Assembly: GCA_036339875.1 (NCBI GenBank) | Contig: JAYZAC010000033.1 | Coordinates: 1-25,286 of the forward strand | Direction of reading: 5' to 3' | Source of the DNA: a bacterium | GTDB lineage: Bacteria; Muiribacteriota; UBA6191 | Length of the DNA stretch: 25,286 nucleotides | Shown here: piece by piece, positions 16,759 through 25,286 of the stretch | Layout: each line of letters opens with the position of its first letter | How positions within the stretch are numbered: position 1 is the first letter of the stretch | The notes under the pieces: model-generated | The model's database searches: none | The model's input: the letters and a program-made list of their open reading frames with translations, nothing else | Told to the model about the DNA's origin: nothing | Made by a program: the position numbers and the translations under genes

Positions 16759-18402
16759 TCAGTGCGATTTACTAAACATCAATTCGGCTAGATAAGTACG
16801 GTCAATTACTCGATAGTCCCGAGGAACTATCTGGCCAGTCGTAACATATGAAATATCTCGAGTATTCTTTTGCAAAATACTTAACATTGGACCGTATGTT
16901 GAAGTCTCGTCAAGTTTCGTAAATAAAAGACTATCAACACCTAAATGATTAAAAGCCTTGATGGTTTCGATCATATCTTTGTAACGTGATGTTGCCGACA
17001 TACAGAGATGAATCTCAGCATTCATTGAATCCGGCAAAAAATTCTTAAGACACGATATTTGCATTTTACTTTTAGGACCCCTGCCAACAGTATCAATCAG
17101 AATGACATCTTTGTCCGAATGTTTCCTAAGTGCTGGTAAAATCTCTTCAGGCCGAAAAACCACCTCTAAATCCGCTTTAATGCCTTGAGCATAATATTTG
17201 ATTTGTGAAACTGCACCAACCTTGAAGGTGTCTATTGTTATTAATGCTACCCGATATGAACTATTTTCATCAGAACTCAAACAAGTGGCCAACTTGGCTA
17301 TCGTAGTAGTCTTTCCCACTCCTGTTGGACCAACAAAAACCATCACTTTTGGCGAAGACGAAGCTTCTGTCTTTAAACTTTTGAAGATCGATGGTCTAAT
17401 TTTAATCGTATCTCTATATCGACTTTGTAAAGCTTCTTTCAATTCATCAACAGACCAAGCATGACGTGGCTTCTCCGATACAATATTGGCTAATACTTTG
17501 ATGTATGTAGAAATCAAATCTCGATCGAATTCACGATCGATCAACAATTTTTCTAAAGTAGCTAGTGATTCCTTCGTGGTTTGCTCTTCATAAGAAATAG
17601 AAACGTCTAAATCTTCAGATGACTCAATATCAGAATCATTCAAACGGAGAAAGTCTTTAGCTGTTTTAGAACTATCGAGGCTAGATTTATGAAGTAGCTG
17701 TTCAGTGCTAATAGAAAGCCCAGACTCCAAATTACTATTTTCAATGGGAGCGATAGACGAAGAGTCCTGCAGAGATTTAGATGGCTTCACTTTAACCGGT
17801 GACTGCATCATAAACTGACGCAATTCTTTGAGACCCATACGAATCTGCTTCATCTCAGACTTTAACGCATCAATATCCTCGTTGGAATTATTTGATTCAA
17901 TGCCTGCGAGTGCTTTCGATCGATTACCTGAAATTTGGAATTCAGATTTAGTACGATTTGGAGCCTTTGGTAACTTCTTCAAACTATTACTGTCGTTAGA
18001 TAAGAAAAGATCGTTTAATAATTGATTTGCCTGATCGTTATGTAGGTCTTGGGGCTGCCCTTTAGATTTCACCAACCCTAATGTGCTTAGAAGTTTTTTC
18101 TGTTTATCATCGGCAGCCGCTAAATTATCTGATTGAGCTCCCTTAAGTAATTGATCAAGAAATTCATTACCGGATACCATTCCACGAGTCCGAGTATTAG
18201 ATTTTGCCTTAGACTTTTTCTTTGGACAAACTGCTACTACCTCATACTTCCGAGTACCCATGAAACCAAAGAAGCCACCTTCAACAAATTCTCGAGTAGA
18301 GATAATTCTTCCGTCATCGCCAAAATCCTTCTTGATTTCTTCCAAGACAGCATTCATTGAAGTGGCAACATACCTTTTCCTATCTGGATGCTGTGTCGTC
18401 AT
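16759..18402 (-). CDS. flhF: Flagellar SRP-family GTPase FlhF
   Basis: N-terminal 'A.SMNAVLEEIKKDFGDDGRIISTR....GGFFGF....YEVVA'; GPTGVGKTTTIAKLA, DTVG, TKLDET, TTGQIVP. Confidence 0.92.
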   Translation of the reverse strand: MTTQHPDRKRYVATSMNAVLEEIKKDFGDDGRIISTREFVEGGFFGFMGTRKYEVVAVCPKKKSKAKSNTRTRGMVSGNEFLDQLLKGAQSDNLAAADDKQKKLLSTLGLVKSKGQPQDLHNDQANQLLNDLFLSNDSNSLKKLPKAPNRTKSEFQISGNRSKALAGIESNNSNEDIDALKSEMKQIRMGLKELRQFMMQSPVKVKPSKSLQDSSSIAPIENSNLESGLSISTEQLLHKSSLDSSKTAKDFLRLNDSDIESSEDLDVSISYEEQTTKESLATLEKLLIDREFDRDLISTYIKVLANIVSEKPRHAWSVDELKEALQSRYRDTIKIRPSIFKSLKTEASSSPKVMVFVGPTGVGKTTTIAKLATCLSSDENSSYRVALITIDTFKVGAVSQIKYYAQGIKADLEVVFRPEEILPALRKHSDKDVILIDTVGRGPKSKMQISCLKNFLPDSMNAEIHLCMSATSRYKDMIETIKAFNHLGVDSLLFTKLDETSTYGPMLSILQKNTRDISYVTTGQIVPRDYRVIDRTYLAELMFSKSH

Positions 18403-19259
18403 GACTTACCTCGAACAAAAAAAGATATGAAACTCTGAAAGAAATTCATCGCAGACCCTTTTTTCTTCATCTGCTTGGATGTTTGAGAATATTCATCTAC
18501 TATTTTTTGAAGGCACAAACTTGCTTTACATTCTGGATATAACTTTGAGTATGGCTTTTGCCCGCGGACTGCCTTTGACACATGCTCATCTTCCAAAATA
18601 TAACCCTTATATTTAATATCTCGCTGCAAAAATTGAGTAGTAACCGTCTTCATTCTACTTGCAACACCTACAGCCTCTTTTGCTGAAGCACATCTATTTA
18701 CAACTAGCGAGATTTCAGGGTATGAACCCTCCCTCTGGTTCATTGCTTTAATGATTCCGTAAGCATCTGCCATAGAGGTTGGCTCAGGTGTCGAAACTAA
18801 TAGAACCTCATTTGAATACTGTAAAAAATCTAAAACATTGGGAGACAAGCCTGCTCCAGTATCAATTAGTAGAATATCTGTGTATTGACGAATCTTTTTA
18901 AGCGACTCAAAAATACGACTTCTTCTGTCAATCTCAAGGTCAGCCAAGCCCATTATTCCTGAGCCTCCAGCTATTAATTTCACATTTTCAGTTACGGATG
19001 TTACGGTTTGAAGAAGATCTTTACGACCCTCAATCACGTGATAAAGTGTATATCGAGGACGCACTCCCAAAATAACATCCATATTTGCCATACCCATATC
19101 AGCATCGAGGACCATTACCTTTTTACCTCTACGTCCCAATTGAAGTGCAAGATTTGCAACAAGATTAGACTTCCCAACACCACCCTTACCAGAAGTGACA
19201 GCTAGCGTCAAACAATTGTCATTTTCCAAAAAAACATCATTTACATTCATTGCTTGCAT
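18399..19259 (-). CDS. flhG: MinD/ParA-family ATPase FlhG (paralogue 1)
   Basis: TSGKGGVGKS, DADMGMAN, DTGAG, TPEPTSMADAY; C-terminal amphipathic 'FFQSFISFF'; SD GGGGTGA. Confidence 0.88.
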   Translation of the reverse strand: MQAMNVNDVFLENDNCLTLAVTSGKGGVGKSNLVANLALQLGRRGKKVMVLDADMGMANMDVILGVRPRYTLYHVIEGRKDLLQTVTSVTENVKLIAGGSGIMGLADLEIDRRSRIFESLKKIRQYTDILLIDTGAGLSPNVLDFLQYSNEVLLVSTPEPTSMADAYGIIKAMNQREGSYPEISLVVNRCASAKEAVGVASRMKTVTTQFLQRDIKYKGYILEDEHVSKAVRGQKPYSKLYPECKASLCLQKIVDEYSQTSKQMKKKGSAMNFFQSFISFFVRGKS

Positions 19260-19274
19260 GAGTCACCCCAATTA

Positions 19275-20078
19275 CTACTGAATTAAATCCATCATTTTCT
19301 CTACAAAATTTGATTTTCCAACATTAGATGCCACTCCAGTTAATCGATAAGCTAGCCGCGTAATACTTACTGCGGCTTCAGAGTGAGGACACTCTTTGAG
19401 AAGAATTTTCTGACTCCGATTAACAGCTTGTACCTCAGAGCTTTGCTTTATAAAACTTGGCATAATAAGTTCACGACCCAAGAACTTACGAACAGCTAGT
19501 TTCATTTTATTCTCCACTCCTTTGGCCTCTAAAGTGGAATTACATCGATTCGGCACTAAGTGAATATTACAATTACTATTCAGTTCGTGACACGTTTTTA
19601 TCAAACCATATGCATCCGCCAGAGCTGTTGGCTCAGGTGTGGCTATAACAACTACATCATGAGCTATCTCCAAGGCGAGTTGGACGCCCCTACCTATACC
19701 TGCACCAGTATCGATTACAAGATAGTCCTCCTCAGCAGCGTAGAACATTAATTCGCGAAAGAATCTATCCATTCGCTCCTGGTTCAAAGTTAGCATATCT
19801 TCATTCGCCGAAGCGCAGGGCAATATTTTCACTCCACCTGGTCCAACTAAACAAATATCATTTAATCTAGAATTTCCTAAGATTACGTCCTCAATACCTA
19901 ATTCAGGATCTAAACCCATTGAGACGCAAACATTCCCGAGCCCAAAATCACCGTCAAGGAGTAAAACTTTTTTACCAAGATCTGCTAATTTAATAGCCAA
20001 ATTTGTGCTAACAGTAGTTTTTCCTACTCCCCCCTTACCGGAAGTGACAACTAAAATCTTCAGTTTTGAACTTATCAT
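19275..20078 (-). CDS. flhG: MinD/ParA-family ATPase FlhG (paralogue 2)
   Basis: TSGKGGVGKT, DGDFGLGN, DTGAG, TPEPTALADAY; C-terminal 'NFVEKMMDLI'; ATGA overlap with the flhA stop. Confidence 0.82.
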   Translation of the reverse strand: MISSKLKILVVTSGKGGVGKTTVSTNLAIKLADLGKKVLLLDGDFGLGNVCVSMGLDPELGIEDVILGNSRLNDICLVGPGGVKILPCASANEDMLTLNQERMDRFFRELMFYAAEEDYLVIDTGAGIGRGVQLALEIAHDVVVIATPEPTALADAYGLIKTCHELNSNCNIHLVPNRCNSTLEAKGVENKMKLAVRKFLGRELIMPSFIKQSSEVQAVNRSQKILLKECPHSEAAVSITRLAYRLTGVASNVGKSNFVEKMMDLIQ

Positions 20079-22279
20079 TCGCTTGAAGCCTCCACTCCAA
20101 CACTACCTACATTGTCAACTTGTACATCCATCACAATCTCATTAAACGAAAGTACCACAAGCTGCGGAGCAACTCTCTCTACTAAATTCTTAAAATGAAA
20201 ACGTATAACTGGTGAACAGATAAGCACAGGTGTATTCCCTTGAACCAACATTTTTTCTATTTCGGCATTTAAATTGTCAAAAAACTTTTGCGCATTCTCT
20301 GGATCTAGAGCTCCATGGATAGCTCCAGAGCGCTGTACCTGTTCCGCAAATTGCTGCTCAAGAGTAGGAACCAATGTAATCACTTTCAGTGTATTATCAA
20401 CTGTATATTCCCTAGTAATTTGACGAGCTAAACCGGCTCTTACATGCTCAACCAGTTCATTAATATCTTTGGCATGCTCTACAAAATCTGCAACGACTTC
20501 AAGTATGGACGTTAGGTTCCTGATAGAAACTCCCTCATGAAGCAAAGATTGCAAAACCTTCTGAACTAGGCCCAGTCTAGCTGTTGCCATATCAGGAATT
20601 GCCGCATCAACTACAGCCGGATACTGCTCTTTGAGTTTTTCAACTAACTGTAAAGTTTCTTGTCTACCAAGTATCTCTGAGGCATAGCTTTTTATAAGTT
20701 CCGTCAAATGGGTCGCCACAACTGAGGGCGCATCTACTACCGTGTAACCAGCAAGTTCAGCGTCTTCACGAGTTGTTTCTTCAATCCATATTGCTGGTAA
20801 CTTGAAAGCAGGCTCCACCGTATCAATACCTTCCACTCTGTGAGAAACCATTCCGGGGTCCATTGCCAGAAAGCGGTCAGAGTAAATCTCACCTTCACCA
20901 ATCTCAATCCCTTTCAATTTTATAGCATAAGAATTAGGAGCCAATTGCATATTATCGCGAATTCTTACTGCCGGGACAACTAATCCGAGCTCCATTGCGA
21001 TCTGACGCCTGATCATTTTCACTCGATTTAGTAAGTCTCCTCCTTGATTTGGATCCACCATCGGGATAAGGCCATATCCAATCTCTAACTCTAAAGTGTC
21101 TACACTTAATAAACTACTAACATCTTCAGGACCGGTATCAGACTCAGAAGATGCCTGCCCCTCTTCGCCCGACTCTTCTGAAGAATGTTCTCCATCCCCA
21201 GCTCCATCTCCGGGTCCCCGAGGCTCTGTACTAGGGTCTTCAGGAGTTCCACGCCAGTGCCTAATTAACTGCGGAATATCCATCATGTAGTAAGCCATAG
21301 TGAACAAAATCCCAGACATCAGGATGAATGGTACTTTTGGTAATCCTGGAATTAAGGCGAATAACATGAATACGCCAGATGTTATCAATAAAACCTTTGG
21401 CTTAGCTGTTAATTGGCTAACAACCTCATTTCCTAAGTTTTCTTCAGAAACTGCTTTAGTAACAACAATACCGGTAGCTACCGAAATCAACAGCGAAGGC
21501 ACTATACTCACCAAACCATCACCAACAGTCAATAAAGTGTAGGTAGATAAAATCTCACTAATTGAATTAAATTGACCAGATAGCCACCCAATAATAACTC
21601 CACCAATTATGTTAATTAGGGTGATTATGATACCAGCAATAGTGTCACCTTTTACAAACTTACTCGCACCATCCATAGCTCCATAGAAGTCTGCTTCTTT
21701 GGATATTTTTTCACGTCGATCACGAGCCTCATTCTCTTCTATGAGCCCTGCATTCAAATCCGCATCTATGGCCATCTGTTTACCGGGCATCGCGTCCAAT
21801 GTAAATCTTGCTGCGACTTCCGCTACTCTCTCAGAACCTTTGGTAATAACCATAAACTGAATCAAAACTAAAATGATGAAAATAATAAAACCAACAATGT
21901 AGTCTCCACCTACCACAAAATTTCCAAAAGACCGAACAACTTCACCATCAAAATCAGGTCCTTCAAGTAAAATTAATCTGGTCGACGAAACATTTAGAGC
22001 CAACCGAAAGAGTGTTGTCATAAGAAGTAGAGTCGGAAAAACGGAAAACTCTAAAGTGTCCTCTAAGTAAGTTGAGGAAAGGACCAGTACAAGCCCGACA
22101 GCAAGGTTCATTGCCATAAAAATATCCAACAATGCCGATGGCAGAGGCACTATCAACATCACAACAATGCCAACCAATGCCACAGCACCGAGCAAATCAG
22201 ATTGCTCACGAATCTTGCTCAAGTCAGGAAACACTGAGAAGAAACTTTTTGATTGATCTTGACTGGATTCTTGGGACAT
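20075..22279 (-). CDS. flhA: Flagellar export apparatus protein FlhA
   Basis: FHIPEP signature 'RVAEVAARFTLDAMPGKQMAIDADL', 'EADFYGAMDGASKFVKGD', 'LELEIGYGLI', 'VRIRDN'. Confidence 0.97.
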   Translation of the reverse strand: MSQESSQDQSKSFFSVFPDLSKIREQSDLLGAVALVGIVVMLIVPLPSALLDIFMAMNLAVGLVLVLSSTYLEDTLEFSVFPTLLLMTTLFRLALNVSSTRLILLEGPDFDGEVVRSFGNFVVGGDYIVGFIIFIILVLIQFMVITKGSERVAEVAARFTLDAMPGKQMAIDADLNAGLIEENEARDRREKISKEADFYGAMDGASKFVKGDTIAGIIITLINIIGGVIIGWLSGQFNSISEILSTYTLLTVGDGLVSIVPSLLISVATGIVVTKAVSEENLGNEVVSQLTAKPKVLLITSGVFMLFALIPGLPKVPFILMSGILFTMAYYMMDIPQLIRHWRGTPEDPSTEPRGPGDGAGDGEHSSEESGEEGQASSESDTGPEDVSSLLSVDTLELEIGYGLIPMVDPNQGGDLLNRVKMIRRQIAMELGLVVPAVRIRDNMQLAPNSYAIKLKGIEIGEGEIYSDRFLAMDPGMVSHRVEGIDTVEPAFKLPAIWIEETTREDAELAGYTVVDAPSVVATHLTELIKSYASEILGRQETLQLVEKLKEQYPAVVDAAIPDMATARLGLVQKVLQSLLHEGVSIRNLTSILEVVADFVEHAKDINELVEHVRAGLARQITREYTVDNTLKVITLVPTLEQQFAEQVQRSGAIHGALDPENAQKFFDNLNAEIEKMLVQGNTPVLICSPVIRFHFKNLVERVAPQLVVLSFNEIVMDVQVDNVGSVGVEASSE

Positions 22280-22285
22280 TCAGCA

Positions 22286-22314
22286 AGTATAGGCTTTGCA
22301 GTATTTCATGTAAA
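22286..22314 (-). promoter_or_regulatory. Putative sigma-70 promoter giving a leaderless flhA transcript
   Basis: Minus strand reads TTTACA (22314-22309), 17 nt, TATACT (22291-22286), then 6 nt, then ATG; no SD. Confidence 0.6.
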
Positions 22315-22541
22315 CAAATTTTGTCTTTTTTTGTGTGTTTTTGTACTAGTATGGTGCTTTATGTACGATTTTCATTGATTTTATGCATATCCACATATTT
22401 TTGTTTATTTTTGCTTAATTATTTTTCCAAATTTGTCGATGGTTTACTGAAAGTGCCTAACATGGGAATTTTATTGTATGAGAAGCTGGATGTATCTGAA
22501 AATTGTCTTACCTTTCTTAGACTTTACAGTCAATACGCCCT

Positions 22542-23051
22542 ATGCTAAACTCCATCGTGAAGTCTCCCACCAACCTTCCCAGTACGAAGTTTAAGAGTAG
22601 TTCTATGGAGACAATTGACAGCTTAACTAAATCCCTCGGATCACCTACGTCACCTGATTTAAGAAAACTTAAACAGGCCACAGAGGATTTCGAGCAGATA
22701 TTTGTGAACATGATGCTCAAAGAGATGAACAAGGGGTTAGGGAAAACTGGCTTCCTCGACGGCGGAGACTATGAGAAAGCTTTCAAGGATATGTTGGTGG
22801 ATGAGAGAGCAAAGCAAATGTCAAAGAACGGCAGCTTTGGATTAGCAAAAATGATGTACAAACAATTAGAGCAACATGTGATGGCGCCATTAACCGGTAG
22901 TAGTAAACCAGCAAATTTATCAGTTCCCACAAAGGAAAAAGACGCTGGTGATAAAGTTTCTCCGGAAATCAACCCGTCAGACTTAGCTCGCCAAATCGCG
23001 TTGGAGAAGTTGACATATGATTATAGGCGTCCCCAAGGAAATCAAAAATAA
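22542..23051 (+). CDS. FlgJ-like rod-binding domain protein (no muramidase domain; start uncertain)
   Basis: 'KLKQATEDFEQIFVNMMLKEM', 'FKDMLVDERAKQMS...SFGLAKMMYKQL' match the FlgJ N-terminal pattern. Alternative in-frame starts at 22557 and 22605. Confidence 0.85.
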   Translation: MLNSIVKSPTNLPSTKFKSSSMETIDSLTKSLGSPTSPDLRKLKQATEDFEQIFVNMMLKEMNKGLGKTGFLDGGDYEKAFKDMLVDERAKQMSKNGSFGLAKMMYKQLEQHVMAPLTGSSKPANLSVPTKEKDAGDKVSPEINPSDLARQIALEKLTYDYRRPQGNQK

Positions 23052-24135
23052 TGAAAATCGCGTTGGATTAACTCCATCTAATGTAGAGGTTTTAACGCAT
23101 CAGGGACATACCGTTTATGTACAACGAGACGCAGGGGTAGGAACAGGCTTCAGTCCTGAAAAGTATATCAATGCTGGAGCAAGCCTACTTGCTACAATTG
23201 ATGAAGTTTATTCCAAAAGCGATATGATCGTTAAAGTAAAGGAGCCTATCGAACCAGAATACGAACTTCTGCGTGAGAATCAACTTCTATTTACCTACCT
23301 CCATTTAGCCGCTGACAAAAAATTAACTGAGGTTCTTTTAGAAAAAAATATGGTAGGTATCGCATAGGAACCCGTTACGGATAAGATGGGTGGATTACCA
23401 ATACTCAACCCTATGAGTGAACTCGCCGGTAGATTAGCCACTCAAATTGGCGCAACTCTATTGCAAAAGGCTAACGGAGGTCGTGGTATCCTTCCAGGTG
23501 GAGTCCCTGGTGTACTACCTGCCAAATGTGTAGTTTTGGGAGGCGGAATCGTAGGTTTTAATTCTGCACAAATGGCTATTGGCTTAGGGATGGACGTAAC
23601 TATTATGGATGTTAGTCCAGAGCGAATGAGATATCTTTCCGAAGTAACGAACGGCCGCCTGAAAACCTTAATGTCTAACCGTAGTAATATTATTCAACAA
23701 ATCAGTTCAGCTGATCTCGTAATAGGTGCCGTATTAATAACCGGCAAGAAAGCGCCTAAACTTATTACTAGAGATATGCTTCAATATATGCAGAAAGGTA
23801 CAGTCATTTGCGATGTAGCTGTTGACCAGGGCGGCTGCTTTGAAACAACTAAACCTACCACTCATGCAGAGCCCACTTATGTGGTAGATGGAATTGTGCA
23901 CTATTGCGTCGCAAACATGCCAGGAGCAGTACCTCTAACAAGTACTTATGCTCTCACAAATGTAACTCTACCATACGTTGAACAACTAGCAAAAAGTGGT
24001 GAGAATGCCTTACTTAGCTCTAGACCGATACAAGATGGTCTGAATGTATATAAAGGCTTGTTAACATGTCAGCCTGTGGCTGAAGCACATGATTTAAAGC
24101 ATACACCAATTAGTAAGATTTTGGATATTCAGTGA
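23017..24135 (+). pseudogene. ald: Alanine dehydrogenase interrupted by one in-frame TAG at 23365-23367 (nonsense allele, sequence error or readthrough)
   Basis: MIIGVPKEIKNNENRVGLTP, VKVKEP, FTYLHLAA, PMSELAGR, GGGIVG, DVAVDQGGCFET, VANMPGAVP. The two ORFs share a frame and total 372 codons plus stop. The junction reads GIA*EPVTDKMGGLP. Confidence 0.85.
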
Positions 24136-25166
24136 TTCTAACTCTTCAACTCGTAATAGCATGTAGCCTTGTGATCTACAGTGGTATGAAGATCACCGAA
24201 AAAGGTGATCAATTGGAGGATGTAGTAGGCATTTCAGCCGGTATTGTTGGTACAGTGCTATTGGCTGCTACTACTTCACTTCCTGAGTTCGTAGCTACTT
24301 TTAGCTCAATCTATTACTTAAATGCACCACAATTAGCCCTCGGTAATATCTTCGGCTCTAATACTTTCAACTTGGTCATCTTAGCAATATTAGACTTGTT
24401 TTTTATCAAAGAAATTATCTATCGAAAAGCACCTGTGTCGGTTCTTAAAGCCCTTGCTGTTGGACAGATTATGACGGGTTTCGCACTCGCGGGAATATAT
24501 CTGAATGGCAGCAATTATATTATGAGTGTAGCAATATCTGAAAAACCTATGTTTCTAATGAGCTATTTTTCATTGATGATTCTGTTAACGTACCTACTGA
24601 CTTTCAAAAGTACCACAGAATCTGATCCGACTATCGATGCTGATTCTGAAGATGAGGTTGAATTTCAAGAGGATAAATCTCCGATTTCACCGACTCGGTT
24701 AATTACTGAATTCATTTTTTTTGCAATCCTAGTTGTGGGGTCCGGCATCTGGTTAACCTATGTTTGCGATGAGGTCGCAGCGGTTACAGGTCTTGGAACT
24801 ACCTTTATCGGATCCATATTACTGGCATTCGCTACCTCTCTACCAGAGGCCACAGTGTGCACTGTGGCGGCTAAACTTGGTGCTTTCCATCTCGTCTTTG
24901 GTAATGTCTTAGGTAGTAATATTTTTAATTTATTTATTCTCGGTCTTGCCGATTTCTCTACCCCCAACGTCGCAATGCTTTCTGTGAAAGATGTGCAACT
25001 AAATTTTGTGACCGGTTTCGGTTCCTTAATAATGTCTTCGATAGTTATATTTGCTATGTTTTATAGGGGTAGTAAAAGAAGCTCAAGATTGATATCCGTG
25101 ATCTTGTTTGCAATCTACATGGTGACCTTCTACATCATGTTTTTACAGCAACAAATACCTTATTAG
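24132..25166 (+). CDS. Ca2+/cation antiporter (CaCA, YrbG-like)
   Basis: Two alpha-repeats: 'GTVLLAATTSLPE...GNIFGSNTFN' and 'GSILLAFATSLPE...GNVLGSNIFN'; about 10 TM segments; acidic central loop; GTGA overlap with ald. Confidence 0.9.
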   Translation: MILTLQLVIACSLVIYSGMKITEKGDQLEDVVGISAGIVGTVLLAATTSLPEFVATFSSIYYLNAPQLALGNIFGSNTFNLVILAILDLFFIKEIIYRKAPVSVLKALAVGQIMTGFALAGIYLNGSNYIMSVAISEKPMFLMSYFSLMILLTYLLTFKSTTESDPTIDADSEDEVEFQEDKSPISPTRLITEFIFFAILVVGSGIWLTYVCDEVAAVTGLGTTFIGSILLAFATSLPEATVCTVAAKLGAFHLVFGNVLGSNIFNLFILGLADFSTPNVAMLSVKDVQLNFVTGFGSLIMSSIVIFAMFYRGSKRSSRLISVILFAIYMVTFYIMFLQQQIPY

Positions 25167-25241
25167 TCGATACTTTGTGAACTAAATATTTCAAACATGA
25201 TTACTTAAAAAGTTCAATAGTTTAATTCTTGGAGGAATGAA

Positions 25242-25286
25242 ATGTGTGAGGAAGCCGCTGTTAAAGAAACTAGTGGAGAAACCAAT
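25242..25286 (+). CDS. Start of a gene truncated by the window end
   Basis: SD GGAGG (25231-25235), 6 nt, ATG; open to the end (MCEEAAVKETSGETN). Confidence 0.5.
   Translation, partial: MCEEAAVKETSGETN

Noticed and set aside
22318..22430. T-rich stretch with recurring TTTTTG/TTTTGT units as a repeat array
   Set aside because: No fixed unit length or spacer structure; ordinary AT-rich promoter DNA, not CRISPR or a tandem repeat.
22132..22548. 138 aa + strand ORF spanning the flhA start and intergenic region
   Set aside because: Antisense to flhA and running through T-rich promoter DNA; the composition reflects low complexity.
25166..25173. GTCGATAC as a sigma-28 -10 box for the last truncated gene
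   Set aside because: No TAAA-like -35 at 15-16 nt spacing.

Overview
AT-rich bacterial chromosomal segment from a flagellated diderm organism (lineage not determinable here; the MlaD and BamA architecture looks Terrabacteria-like rather than proteobacterial, by inference). The + strand carries a 5'-truncated TPR protein, pth, a FliA/WhiG-type sigma-28, three hypothetical genes, a phosphodiester glycosidase (NAGPA) family protein, mlaE-mlaF-mlaD, bamA, a long divergent hflX and a degenerate tandem zinc-ribbon protein. The - strand carries an orphan LolD/MacB-type ATPase, a small helical protein behind a near-consensus sigma-28 promoter, and a flhA-flhG-flhG-flhF-manC operon. The window ends with a FlgJ-like rod-binding protein, an alanine dehydrogenase interrupted by one in-frame TAG, and a Ca2+/cation antiporter. 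No rRNA, tRNA, CRISPR or mobile element was seen. Most notable: (1) an apparently rewired FlhF/FlhG module (two FlhG paralogues without the activator motif, FlhF with Lys at the catalytic Arg position and a DQAxxL motif in its own B domain); (2) the amber codon in ald; (3) an MlaD with a probable C-terminal beta-barrel; (4) promoter architecture including a probably leaderless flhA and a bidirectional promoter. All calls are by eye from motifs, with no database search.
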